A stretch of 45,074 bases of DNA, taken from positions 1-45,074 of the forward strand of contig JBHGNT010000251.1 of NCBI GenBank assembly GCA_043228905.1. The letters are read 5' to 3'. The notes beneath the pieces were generated by a model. It was not told the origin of the DNA, made no database searches, and saw only the letters and a program-made list of their open reading frames with translations. Shown here piece after piece: positions 1 through 11,589 of the stretch (its first letter is position 1; each line of letters begins with the position of its first letter). The position numbers were made by a program, and so were the translations under genes. Source of the stretch: Azolla caroliniana (taxonomy: Eukaryota; Plantae; Polypodiophyta).

Positions 1-2
1 AA

Positions 3-1835
3 GTCCGAAGGGTAACGTTTTCCGATGTGCCAACCCTTCAAGAAGGCCCCGCTCTCAACACATGGTCAGCTTCACGGGTAGCTGAACCTTACACTACCGA
101 CTCGGACAACTCCGACTCGGCACAGCAGAACAATCCGCTTTCGGACCATCCGACCTTGATACCCAATGCGACCAGTCCAATCTTACCTCGCCGATCCGAG
201 AGACTGTCGCAACCTCCGGAGAGGTATTCTCCTGGAATTTTCTTCACCGACGCCGGCGAACCGACGTCTTACGAAGAAGCATCGACATCTGTCGATTCCG
301 CCACCTGGCATCTGGCGATGGAGTCGGAAATGCACTCCATTCGGGCAAACAAGACTTGGGATCTGGTCGAATTACCTAGGAACCGACGTGCTCTTCCTTG
401 CAAGTGGGTCTATCGACTAAAAGAGACGTCTGATTCGACCACCCCAAAGTACAAGGCCAGATTAGTTGCGAAGGGCTTCCGACAAGAATATGGCGTCGAC
501 TTCGACGAGATTTTTTCCCCAGTGGTGAAAATGACAACCCTCCGTTTTCTACTCGGCGTAGTGGCAGCCGACAACTTGGAGCTGATTCAGCTAGATGTCA
601 AAACAGCATTCCTCCATGGTGATCTTGAAGAGGAAATTTATATGGAGCAGCCAAAAGGCTTCGTGGCAACCGGCCAAGAACATCTAGTCTGCCGACTCAG
701 GAAGAGTCTATACGGCCTCAAACAGGCACCGCGACAATGGTACAAGAAGTTCGACGACTTCATCCAATCGATCGGCTTCTCAAAAAGCGATGAGGACCAT
801 TGTCTCTTTACCAACACAGCTCAAGATGGATCACCCATCTTCCTCATCATTTACGTGGACGACATGCTAATCTCTGGACGCCACGCGGGCGAACTTGCCG
901 ATCTCATTCGGCAACTGCGGTTGAAGTTTGCCATGAAGGACCTCGGTCCGGCACGACACATACTCGGCATGAAGATTAGTCGGCATCGCGATAAACGACA
1001 TCTTTTTTTGTCTCAGACCGACTATATCCGACGTGTCTTGGAACGCTTCAACATGCAATCAGCCAAATCTGCTTCAACCCCGCTCCCAATGAATCTTCGG
1101 CTCTCTCAGCGAGACTGCCCGACATCCGGCCCGGAGGGGGAAGATATGAAGTCGGTACCGTATGCACCGGCAGTCGGCTCCCTTATGTACCTGATGGTCG
1201 CGACACGGCCTGATATCTCTCATGCCGTAGGAGTCGTTAGCAGATTTATGCACAATCCTGGCCGATCGCATTGGAACGCAGTCAAGCATGTGTTCAGATA
1301 TCTGGCTGGCACAAAAGACCACGGCATTCTTTTCGGTCCGAACCGAACCTCAGGCGTAGTCGGTTACACCGACTCGGACTTCGCCGGCTGTATAGACAGT
1401 CAGAAATCAACAACCGGATACTGCTTCAAATTCGGCAATGGAGCAATCTCGTGGAAGTCGAAACTTCAGGAGTGCACAGCGACCTCAACGACCGAAGCAG
1501 AATATGTAGCTGCGTCCGACGCAGCAAAAGAAGCTTTGTGGCTCGGTCGGCTGGCGCACACGTTTCGACAAGTCGACCATGACTCGGCTCCAGTTGTCTA
1601 CAGCGACAGTCAAGGTGCTGTTGCCTTGTCGAAAAATCCGGTTCACCACAACGCCTCCAAACATATCGACGTTCGATATCACTTCGTTCGGGACTGCGTC
1701 ATTTCAGGGAAAATCGGTCTAGAGAAAATATCCACAACCGACAATGTCGCAGATGGAATGACCAAGTGTCTTTCGGCAGACCGTTTTCGGTCTCTTCGGC
1801 ATCAGATGGGCGTAACGACAAACCAGTCCGGTTAG
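3..1835 (+). CDS. Copia polyprotein C-terminal part: linker, reverse transcriptase, RNase H (5'-partial; frame open from window start)
   Basis: Motifs KYKARLVAKGF, QLDVKTAFLHG, LRKSLYGLKQAPRQW, YVDDML, YTDSDFAG, STTEAEY, KHIDVRYHFVR, ADGMTK; no internal stops. Confidence 0.95.
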   Translation, partial: VRRVTFSDVPTLQEGPALNTWSASRVAEPYTTDSDNSDSAQQNNPLSDHPTLIPNATSPILPRRSERLSQPPERYSPGIFFTDAGEPTSYEEASTSVDSATWHLAMESEMHSIRANKTWDLVELPRNRRALPCKWVYRLKETSDSTTPKYKARLVAKGFRQEYGVDFDEIFSPVVKMTTLRFLLGVVAADNLELIQLDVKTAFLHGDLEEEIYMEQPKGFVATGQEHLVCRLRKSLYGLKQAPRQWYKKFDDFIQSIGFSKSDEDHCLFTNTAQDGSPIFLIIYVDDMLISGRHAGELADLIRQLRLKFAMKDLGPARHILGMKISRHRDKRHLFLSQTDYIRRVLERFNMQSAKSASTPLPMNLRLSQRDCPTSGPEGEDMKSVPYAPAVGSLMYLMVATRPDISHAVGVVSRFMHNPGRSHWNAVKHVFRYLAGTKDHGILFGPNRTSGVVGYTDSDFAGCIDSQKSTTGYCFKFGNGAISWKSKLQECTATSTTEAEYVAASDAAKEALWLGRLAHTFRQVDHDSAPVVYSDSQGAVALSKNPVHHNASKHIDVRYHFVRDCVISGKIGLEKISTTDNVADGMTKCLSADRFRSLRHQMGVTTNQSG

Positions 1836-2028
1836 AGCCGGACACAGAGCAGGATGGTTCCCGACAACCGACATCAGTTCCTTAATGATCGGCTTCAACT
1901 GTTCCGACCCGACCAGTTCGGTCTTCTGCCTTCGGACCCTGCCGACTCGAACAAAGCTGATATGTCCGAGAACCTAAGTCTATACCTGTAATCTTAGATA
2001 ACCCATGTATACGCCCATTACGGGGGAG

Positions 2029-2320
2029 TGTCGAATACATGTGTATAATGGACGTATTCACACTATCCCGTTTTGGCCATTTATGTAATTAGCATAAAGG
2101 GTAGTTGCCCTAAGTCGGTCACTATATATAGTGACCTTGTAACCTTTTTGTAAGGTTGGTTGTTGTATTATTGCTTTGTGAAATAAGAAAGTCTTTTGTG
2201 CCTCTCTGTCTCTCTCTCTCTCTCTCTCTCTGTGCAACGACATAGAAACTGTCATACTCAGGTACACAACAGAAATCGAATGCTCCCTGATCTTCCGCAA
2301 AGACGACCTCGTCCCCAACA
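2029..2320 (+). repeat. 3' LTR of copia A (292 bp)
   Basis: Starts TGTCG right after the PPT, ends CCAACA; TATA-like CTATATATA at ~2122 and (CT)n at ~2209-2231. Confidence 0.88.
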
Positions 2321-3305
2321 GAGGATTGGTTCAAGGAGCTATAGTATAAAAGCCTGAACGACCCAACTATGTGGAAACTAGGGATGACACAATTCACCCC
2401 ATTCAGCATGTCGGCAATGTCCCGTTCGACGAAGAGGGCAATCAGACCTACATAAAAAATGTCTTGCATGTTCTGATAATAACGGAGAAGTTGGTCTTGG
2501 TTGGCTAGATTGTGGAACAGGGCATGCAAGTTCGGTTCAATGATGGAGGTTGCTTCATCGAAAGGCCGACTTTATCGCTCGGGGTCGGAAAGAAGATCGA
2601 ATGTTCATCCTCGACTCTCACGAGATGAAATCGGCAATGTATGCCAACAACACTGACATGGAGTTGTAGCACAAACGAATTGTCCACATTAACCTTCAAA
2701 AGCTGAAAGGAATGCAACCGAAAGGAGTCATCACATGTGTGAAGCTTGCCAATTAGGCAAACAACAGTCTTTCCCAAAGGAGAGGAACGTAAGCAAAGTG
2801 ATCCTAGATGTAATACATTCAGATATATGGGGACCAGCCCGGATGGCAACATTCAGTGGTTGTCAGTACTACGTAATGTTCATCAACAACTTCTCTAGAC
2901 ATGCCGGGATTTATCCCATGCGGCAAAAGAGAGAAGTGTTCAGACACTTCCAAAAGTTCAAAAACGAAGTTGAAAAGGCAACTGGTTGGCATGTTCGATG
3001 CCTTCGATCAGACGACGACAACGAGTACTTCTTCGACGCCTTTACAACATACCTTCGCCAAGAAGGAATCCGGCGGGAGTTTACCTGCAGACACACACCT
3101 CAGTAGAACGGAGTAGCCAAACGCAAGAACCAACACATACTTGAGGTGGCAAGGGCAATGATGAACGAGAAACATCTGCCAAAGTCATATTGGGCTGAAG
3201 CAGCGAATATGACCGTCTATCTTATGAATCGTTGCACAACATTAGGAGTGCACAATGTTACCCCCTGCAAAAAGTTCTATGGGAAGAAACCAAATCTATG
3301 CCACG

Positions 3306-3678
3306 TGTAAAGAATCAAGAGATAGATTCTTGTGAAGCGGAAGAGATATGAGTTATGTGTGTGTATGAGAGAGAGTGTGAGAGAGACAAGGAATACGCAA
3401 GGTAAAAGTATATTGACAAAGGAGAAAGACTCAACATTTTACAAGGTGGGAGGAGGGTGCTTTATGTAGTCACCCTCTCTCTTCATTAACTACAAGACTC
3501 ATGGAGCATGGGGAATGTGAAAGCTCATAAGTTATGTGTCATAGAATATGATTCTATGACTCATACTAAATGCTAGAATACAAAGTGGTGACATAATGGT
3601 GACTCTTGACCGTTGGAGTGTCTCTTCACTCTCAAGGTGAGTTCACACACTAAACCAAGTTGAGCTTGATTCTCAACA
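3306..3678 (-). mobile_element. Solo LTR (373 bp) of the TGTTGAGAATCAA...TTCTTTACA family, inserted in the integrase region of copia B
   Basis: TG...CA termini; perfect 5-bp TSD CCACG (3301-3305, 3679-3683); termini match the LTRs of B and C in reverse orientation. Confidence 0.92.
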
Positions 3679-5863
3679 CCACGTCAGGATATTCAGTTCA
3701 ATAGCATATGTGCATATTCCCGACGAGAAGCGAGAGAAGCTCGATCCCAAGTAAGAGAAATGTATACTCGTAGGGTACTCACTCAAGAAAAAAGGGTATA
3801 AGCACTTCAACCCTTCCACCAAGAAGGTATGAGTGAGTAGGGATGTTGTATTCGACGAGTCGGCATCCTGGTATACAGTCAATCAACCGCATCTGACACA
3901 GTTGAAACAGAGTTTGACACATATGCATAGGAGGATGATCAACCGAGGCTCACATCAAAAGAAAGTCCAATCTCAACCAGGTTGAGTGGACCACGAGATC
4001 CTTCGAGCGACCAAAGCACGTCGTAGCTAAGTCTGAAACAAGACAAAGGAATAGCCAAAATGCTTGAGTACGAAGACTTAGATAGAAACAAATCGCACCA
4101 TTCACCTGACAGTGAGCATGGTGGACTGGATGTGCCCATCATGAGGACACCAGGACAACCACGTCGCTCCACTCGAGAGAAGAACGTAGTCAGCTGATTC
4201 AGCTACAATGACTACATGACATATCATTATGCATTCATGATGATGAGAGTGGCGACAGTTTGAGAACCAGAAACCTTTTCCGAAGCCACGAAGGACCCCA
4301 GATGGGTCGAATTGATGAATGAGGAGATGTAAGCACTCTCCAAGACGAGACATGGGATCTCGTCCCTTCATCACACCACCAAAAGGCAATTGGATGCTGG
4401 TGGATCTTCAAAGTGAATCACAACGTCGACGATACTGTCAATCGGTACAAGGCCCGACTTGTGGAAAAGGCTATGCGCAGACACACAATGTCGATTATGA
4501 AGAGATTGTTGCCCTAGTGGCAAAGATGACTACCATTCTGATCGTGATTGCGCTAACACCTTCCTACAAGGTGAGTTAGACGAGGAGGTGTACATGATAC
4601 AACCGCCCAGATACAAGTCAACTATGCACCAGACTATTGTCTGCCGACTCAAAACGCCTCTCTACGGTTTCAAGCAGGCACCGAGAGCATGACATTTAAA
4701 GATAACACAATAACTTCATCAAATCGGTTTCAACATGTCTAAGTTCGACAACTCTCTATTCATCTAGAGCGATTCTAGAGGATTTATCGTCATTTACGTG
4801 GATGACTTGGTCATAGGAGGAGAGCATTTAGTAGATATTGAGCACATCAAGAAGCTTCTCTCCAAAAGATATGAAAGAGCTCCATTACTTTCTAAGAATA
4901 GAAGTAATTTGAACTCCATACAACATCATGCTTTCTGAAAGGCACTATATCCAAAATCTTATTTACAAGTTTGGGATGACAAAGTGTAAGCTCGTCACTA
5001 CCCCTCTCAATTGAAATCCAAAGCTAGATGCCGACTCTGGCACTAGAGAGTGTGAGTCGACGCTCTATCGTCAACTAGTCGGAAGCCTCATCTACCTCAC
5101 AATCACCCGACCCGATCTAAGTTACCCAATCGGCCTCCTTAGCCAATTCATGCAGGCACCAAGAACCACTCACTTGGATTGTGTTAAGCGAGTGTTACAT
5201 TATGTGAGTGGGACGATGGATTTCGGCATCCTCTACAGCTTGGACACACTGATTCAACTCAAAGGGTATACTGATGCCGACTGAGCAGGCTACAAAGCCG
5301 ACTGACGATCGACATCCGGATTTGTCTTCTCCCTTGGCAGCGGAGCCATCTCCTGGAGCAGCAAAAAGTTGTCGACGGTCACATTGTCCAGCACTGAAGC
5401 CGAATACAGGGGCATGACCGTCGCCGCATGTGAAACCGTTTGGCTCAAGAGAATCTTGAAGGATCTGTGCATTCCCACCAAGGATCCGATTCTCCTCTAC
5501 TTCGACAACATGAGCAGTATTCACCTCACTCGGAACCCAGTCTTCCATGCTCAAACTAAGCACATCAAAGTGCACTATCACTTTATCCGAGAGCGTGTTT
5601 TGGCCGATGATGTCGACCTGCAACACATTAGCACAAATCTGCAGACAACCGATATCTTCACCAAGGCCCTCAGAGTTGACAAGCTACGACAATTCACGAC
5701 AAACCTAGGTCTTTCGACCATCGACCAACCGAGCTAGAGGGGAAGTAAGGAGCAGTAGGAGTGAACCGGCCATTCGATGCCGAAGCTAGAGTAAACTCAA
5801 AGCCGACCCGAAGACCAATCTGAACCAACCATCCGACATCCGCAAGTTGTGTTTGAAGGGGCA

Positions 5864-6202
5864 TGTTGAGAATCAAACTCAACGTCCCGTGCGTGGGAAC
5901 ACACTCTTTAAATACTCAAGTGTGTGACCACCCCACCTCCTTGTATAGTAACTAATGTTTCATAAAAGTTGATATCCCATGACACATATTCTTTAAGTAG
6001 TTAAGACTCTACCTCTTCCCAAGATCTGACTCTAGTGAGAGAATCTAGAGAGAAGGTGACTACATAAGCACCTTCTCCTTCTCTTTGTAATTGTTGGGCA
6101 TTCTTGTTTCCTTGTAATACAGTTTTCTGTTTTTCTGTATCTCTCTCTCACACACACACACTCAGTTCCTCCGCTACACAGAATCATCACCGGTTCTTTA
6201 CA
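5864..6202 (+). repeat. 3' LTR of copia B (339 bp)
   Basis: TGTTGAGAATCAAACTC...GGTTCTTTACA after the PPT; followed directly by minus-strand RT (YIDDLVIRGK) of element C. Confidence 0.88.
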
Positions 6203-9200
6203 CTTCCCTCTGATGACCAGATCATCTATGTAAAGGATGATGACAATTGAGTTTGTTCGACTCTCTTTTGATGTAGAGGGAATTATCCGATTTTGACATT
6301 CAAAAGCCGATTTGGTGAAGATACTGAGTGATCTTCGAGTGCCAAGCATGTGGTGCTTGCTTGAGTCTATACAATGGCTTCTTTGAGACAATAGACTACG
6401 GTCGGATGCTTGGTCGATTCGAAACCAGGTGGTTGAATCATGAAAACCTCCTCGTCTAATTCACCTTGTAAGAAGGTGTTCTTTACATCCATTTGATGGA
6501 GGTGCCACCCTTTAGCAACTGCGAATGCAATAACTATTCGAGGCAAAGGTCTCCTCACAGTCGACTCCATGTGTTTGAGCATATCCCTTAGCTACGAGTC
6601 GTGCCTTCTAGTAGTTTATCGAGATGTTGGCATTATATTTCACTTTATATATCCATCTGCAACCGATCGCTTTCTTGTGTGAGGAGCGGGGGACGAGATC
6701 CCATGTTTCATTCTTGCATAGAGCCTACATTTCTTCGTTCATGGCTTCGAGCCTTGGCTACCTTACAAACAATTTCCGGTTCTCAGACTGTCGCCACCTT
6801 CATCATAAAGGCATAATGATATGTCATATAGTCGTTGTAGCCAAATCGGCTAGTTGGGTTTTTCTGTCGGGCGTCGTTTGCAGCAATTATGGCTTTCTTA
6901 ACTCCATTTTTTTGGATAACTAGGACACCAAGGCCTTTGAACTCATTGTCGACCGTATCTTCGTATTCCAACATTTTGGCCTTTCCTTTGTCCAACTTTG
7001 GACTCAGCCGAGATGTGCTTTGATCGCTCGACGGCTCTTGAGGTCCACTGAGTCTAATCGTTATAGGACTTTCTTCGAAATCGATCTTCATTGTCTATCT
7101 CTTGGTCAGCCAAATCCGGGTGGGTTGACCAAAGTTTAGGTCGGAGTCGTCTCTAGTTCGTACCAGGATGCCGGTTCGTTGAAAACTATGTCTCGACTCA
7201 CTCAAACTTTTTGGGTAGATGGATTGTAACATTTGTACCCCTTTTGTTCAAGTGAGTACCCTACGAGGATACATTTCTTCGACTTCAGATCAATCTTTTG
7301 TTGCTTCTCGTCGGAAACATGCACATAAGAGATTGAGACGAATATCCTAACGTGGGATAAATCCGACTTCTTCCTGAAGAACTTCTCGTGAGGGGTGACA
7401 TCGTGTACCCTAGAGGTTGTACACCTATTCATAAGGTAGATAACTAAGGTAGCCGCTTTTGCCCAATACGACTTAGGCAGGTGCTTCTCGTTCATCATTG
7501 CCCTTGCCACCTCTACTATGTGCCGATTCTTACGTTTGGTTACTCCATTTTGCTAAGGTGTGTATCGGCACGAGAATTCTTGTCGAATTCCTTCTTTTCG
7601 GAGATAAGTTGTAAATTCGTCCGAGAAGTACTCCTTGCCCTCATCTGATCGAAGGCATTGGACATGCCGACTTGTGGCTTTTTTGACTTTGTTCTTAAAT
7701 GTTTGGAAGTGTCTAAACACTTCACTCTTTTGCCGCAAAGGGTAGATCTAGGTGTGCCTAGAGAAGTTGTTGATGAATGTCACATAATATTGACATCTGC
7801 CGAATGTGGTTGTTTGTGCCAATCTCCATACATCGAAGTGGATTATGTCCAAGACTCTTTTGCTCACATTCCTCTCTGTTGGGAATGGATGTCATTGTTG
7901 TTTGCCGAATTGGCACGCTTCACATATGCCAGTGCTCTCTCTTTCTGTAAAATTCGGGAGTCCGATGACGACTCCTTTCGGGTGCATGTTCTAGAGCTTT
8001 AGAAAATTGATGTGGTTGATTCTCTTGTGCCACAATTTCAAGTCGGTGTCGACTTTGATGCCTTTTGCAAACATGGTTGACTTTACCTCGTTCGACTCGA
8101 GGATGAACATTTGGCCTTCTCGTCGACTGTGAGCTATGAATCGATCATCTTTTTCAATGAAGTACCTTTCATTGTTGAACTGCACTTGCATGCGTTGTTC
8201 TACTATCTGGCTGATTGAGACCATATTTTTCGTGATGGTTGGGACATGCAAGACGTTCTTGAGCCAGATTTGCTTGCCGTCATTCCCAACTAGGACGTTT
8301 CTAATATGCCGAATGGGGTGAGTTGTGTCATCTCGAGTTTTGACTGAGCCAGGTCGATCATGCTTTCATAATTCTCAGAACCAATCTTCATGCAACATCA
8401 TATGATTGAATGCTCCTGAGTCAACAAACCATACATTTTCTGAAGAAGAGGTGCTAGTTGGACCCTGTGCCGACATTGAATGTGTTTTATGCCTCATTAC
8501 GAACATTCCGCCATGATCATCATAATCGGAATTCGTGGCATATTTTGTGAGTTGTCGAATGGTCGAATCCAACTCTCATTTCTTCTTTCGGCACTCCTCT
8601 TCGTAGTGGCCGAGTTTTCCACAGTACCCGCACTCGATCAGGTTGTTTTTGTGGCTTGGTCTGGTAGGGTGGCTCCCCCTTCTGTTGAACTCCCTTTGTG
8701 AGTTCTTAGCCTCCTGCCAATGGTGGGAGTTGCGTTCTCGGGTTGATTGACCCTATCGACCTATGTTTCCTCGACCGAATCCTCGTACCTCATTTGACTG
8801 GGAGTAGAGCATCTGATCATCGAGCACATTACCCCTTTTTCGGACGTGATTTTCTTCGACCAATAGTATCGACTATAGGTCAAAAAATGAGGGAGGATTC
8901 TCCCTTGCAAGATGACCGATATGATCATGCCAAATCCTGGTGTTAAGTCGCTGAGGCATATTTGTACCATTTCATCATCGTTGATGATGACATTGATCAA
9001 TCTGAGGCCGTTGCACAACTCCTTGATCTTCAAGGTATAGTTGGTGATCTACATATCCCTTTGCTGAATAATGTTTACCTCCTGACGGAGCTGAAGTTTG
9101 CGTGCAACCATATTGGCCGCGAAAATCTTCTTGAGGTTGCTCCAAGCTTCCTTTGGCATTTTTGACTCTCGAATATAGCCGAGCATGTGATCGTGAACGT

Positions 9201-9589
9201 ATGATGCAAGGAAATACAAACACACGACTTGCCACTTGCTTCCATGTTGGGTAGTCGGCGTGTGTTGGGTTGGGTTGCGTTTCTTGTGCTCCCTCGATAT
9301 AACTCCAAATTCCTTGACCGACAAGGTATTGATGCATCTTATATTCCAAATATGCAAAATTTGTCATGTCAAGCTTCTCTGTTGGAAGAGCAGTTCCCAT
9401 TTGAGTGTTCATGGTGGTGTTTTTCTTCTCTGAAGCTAAGTTGATTCTGTTTTGACCGTAGGCGAAAGACACAACATAGTTGAACAATCTCGATAAAAAA
9501 ACCACACGCTCTGCAACCATGTAAAGAAACGGGAGGTGTAGGTGATGTTGTGCAACAGAAGTGAACTTTGTGTGTGTGTACATGAGACA

Positions 9590-9636
<47 letters not shown>

Positions 9637-9810
9637 CTTAGAACAATAAGTTATATTAGCAAAGGATGCATTACATCCAACAGTAACTAAGTTACAAAGG
9701 GTTGGTTTAAATACCAACTACCCTTTCGACTATTTATCAAACTAGCCTATTATGTCCACTTGCTAATGTGAAAGCCACTTCATTGGGGAAGTTGGGTTTG
9801 ATTCTCACCA
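6203..9810 (-). mobile_element. Degenerate Ty1/copia 'C' (5' LTR, PBS, gag, protease, integrase, RT N-half); related to B and interrupted by it
   Basis: gag TEKLD...EYKMHQYLVGQG, WFVDSGAFNHM, LWHKRINHIN, ARAMMNEKHLPKSYWA, HQMDVKNTFLQG, YIDDL; multiple lesions. Confidence 0.92.
9520..9810 (-). repeat. 5' LTR of copia C (291 bp), followed by a degenerate tRNA-iMet PBS (9508-9519)
   Basis: Minus strand reads TGGTGAGAATCAAA...TTCTTTACA then TGGTTGCAGAGC (canonical PBS TGGTATCAGAGC); contains (CT)n. Confidence 0.82.
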
Positions 9811-9907
9811 CCCATCATAGGCTATTGTCATGAAAGACTACAACTAATATGTCCGATATCATCGTGAACTTCCACCAGTATTTGTTCCCCTACCATGTCC
9901 ATGTCTC

Positions 9908-10209
9908 TGAGATTGTGAGCCTCGACTGAAACTCCGGTGTTCTCTATATGGAGCAAAGCTTGTGATAACTTTCAACTACGAGGTGCTTCCAAATACTACC
10001 TCTTGAGTCCTAGGGCGACATTCAATATTTAGGTCATAATCTCTGCATCGCCCAATTCTTTGAGACTGTGAGCCCCGACTGAAACTTCAATGATCTCTGT
10101 ATGGAGCAAAGCTTGTGATAACTTTCAACTATGAGGTGCTTCCAAATACTACCTCTTGAGTCCTAGGACAACACTCTATATTCAGGTCATCATCTCCGCA
10201 TCGCCCAAC
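9908..10209. repeat. Tandem duplication, 2 x ~153 bp
   Basis: GAGCAAAGCTTGTGATAACTTTCAACT at 9951 and 10104; the units align over their length with scattered substitutions. Confidence 0.9.
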
Positions 10210-11004
10210 TTGCAAATGATAATCTAATCTTTGCTCACAAAACTTGGTGTTTTTGATTCCTTGATAGGAATTTCCCAAAAACTTGCATTCACAAAGGTTC
10301 CGTTTCAGCTATATGAAGTGAATAATCAAATAATGTTGACGCTGAAAAACCAAGAAGATCATTAAAATAGATAATAAACTAAGAAAAGCAAATACATTAA
10401 CGACTGACAAAGATTGATAATAATTAAGAAATATATGTAACACAAGTATATACAAATGTGCTCACAAATGCCACATAAGGTCAAGGTCATGACACAAACA
10501 CACACATACACATACACATAAAGTTAAACTATCCCATGCTTACGACTTTAAACATAATCCTTGCTTATGCAATTACTTCTTCTATTACTCCTAATAGAAT
10601 GTTTTAAAGTATTATAAGAAATAACATCAAAATCAAGACTTTGGGAGTCTTTTCTCAAGGTATTATATACCTCCATGATTTTGATACATGGAAGAAATGC
10701 ATTTAATATACTATCCATCCATATCGCATCTACCTTATATAACCAATTTATGTACGTTTGGAAAGTTCAACAATACATCTACTCCATTATGGATCAATTT
10801 ACTTCGGACAGAAAGACACACACACACATCTATATATATATTAGCTTAAACTAGGATAGAAAGAACACTATCCGCATGTAGCATTTGAGCTTACATATCC
10901 AAATAATGCATCGCATAAACATCCTGAATGAAGCCCAATAAACTTTCAAGATATTCGGAAAGTTCAAAGTTCATTATGGATATATGTATATATAAAGAAC
11001 ATAC

Positions 11005-11452
11005 TTGAACATTAGATCCAACAATCAAGTTGGGGTTGTCATATGTTTTTCCTTCTTTCTTTATTCTCTCTTGCCATTTCCTCTTCATTGCAAGCCCAAC
11101 CTACATGGTAGACGTGCCAACAACTGGTTCATTATCCTTCAACGGCGTGTGAAAAAGACAAGCAATCACGTTCACATATCTATCCTGCATATGCATTAAA
11201 AGGGTCGGGACATATCTTCCAAAGGTCATCTATCATATGACCATTTTATAATAAGAGTGACCAATCATATGGTCACTGATCACACCAGTGATCAAGTCAT
11301 CATCATCATACCCTACATTTTACATATACACACATCCATTACTCCACATAAGTATGAGATATAACAATATAGATTACATACATGTATAGCTATGGTTGAT
11401 GGGTATTCATCAAAATTAATGTAGTTCTTGTTTAATGATTGGGTGATGAGCT
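11005..11452 (-). pseudogene. GAD: Glutamate decarboxylase gene fragment: partial exon 11452-11382, intron 11381-11185, exon 11184-11005
   Basis: Translates to LITQSLNKNYINFDEYPSTIAIH | DRYVNVIACLFHTPLKDNEPVVGTSTM*VGLAMKRKWQERIKKEGKTYDNPNLIVGSNVQ, matching plant GAD (INKNYVDMDEYPVTTELQ | NRCVNMIAHLFNAP...GLAFKRKWQ...KPNIVTGANVQ); GT/AG sites kept, internal stop, VGSSEAI deleted. Confidence 0.88.
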
Positions 11453-11589
11453 AAACCCTAAACTCCATGTCAAGACATACATACAATTGCGTTGTCCACC
11501 TTTCCACCTCCCAACTAAGGAAAAAATGAACGAGGAAGGAAAATGAAAAAACAGAGAAGCATTAGTAGCAACTTAAAACCATAAACCGA

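Larger units (their letters stand above)
1..2320 (+). mobile_element. Ty1/copia LTR retrotransposon 'A', 3' part (Tnt1/Tork-like); young, inserted into copia B
   Basis: Uninterrupted RT-RNaseH frame, PPT ACGGGGGAG at 2020-2028, LTR TG..CA at 2029-2320; the following sequence resumes copia protease-region coding (EDWFKEL...DDTIHPIQHVGNVPF). Confidence 0.93.
2321..6202 (+). mobile_element. Degenerate Ty1/copia 'B' (protease end, integrase, RT, RNase H, 3' LTR), inserted into copia C
   Basis: CEACQLGKQ, HSDIWGP, LRSD, EVARAMMNEK, YVDDLVIGG, SSTEAEYR, KHIKVHYHFIRERV with many stops and frameshifts; PPT-like TGAAGGGG at ~5854-5861. Confidence 0.92.

Noticed and set aside
166-1682. Alternative-frame and antisense ORFs overlapping copia pol, the LINE and host exons
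   Set aside because: Shadow ORFs of GC-rich or repetitive coding sequence with no independent motifs.
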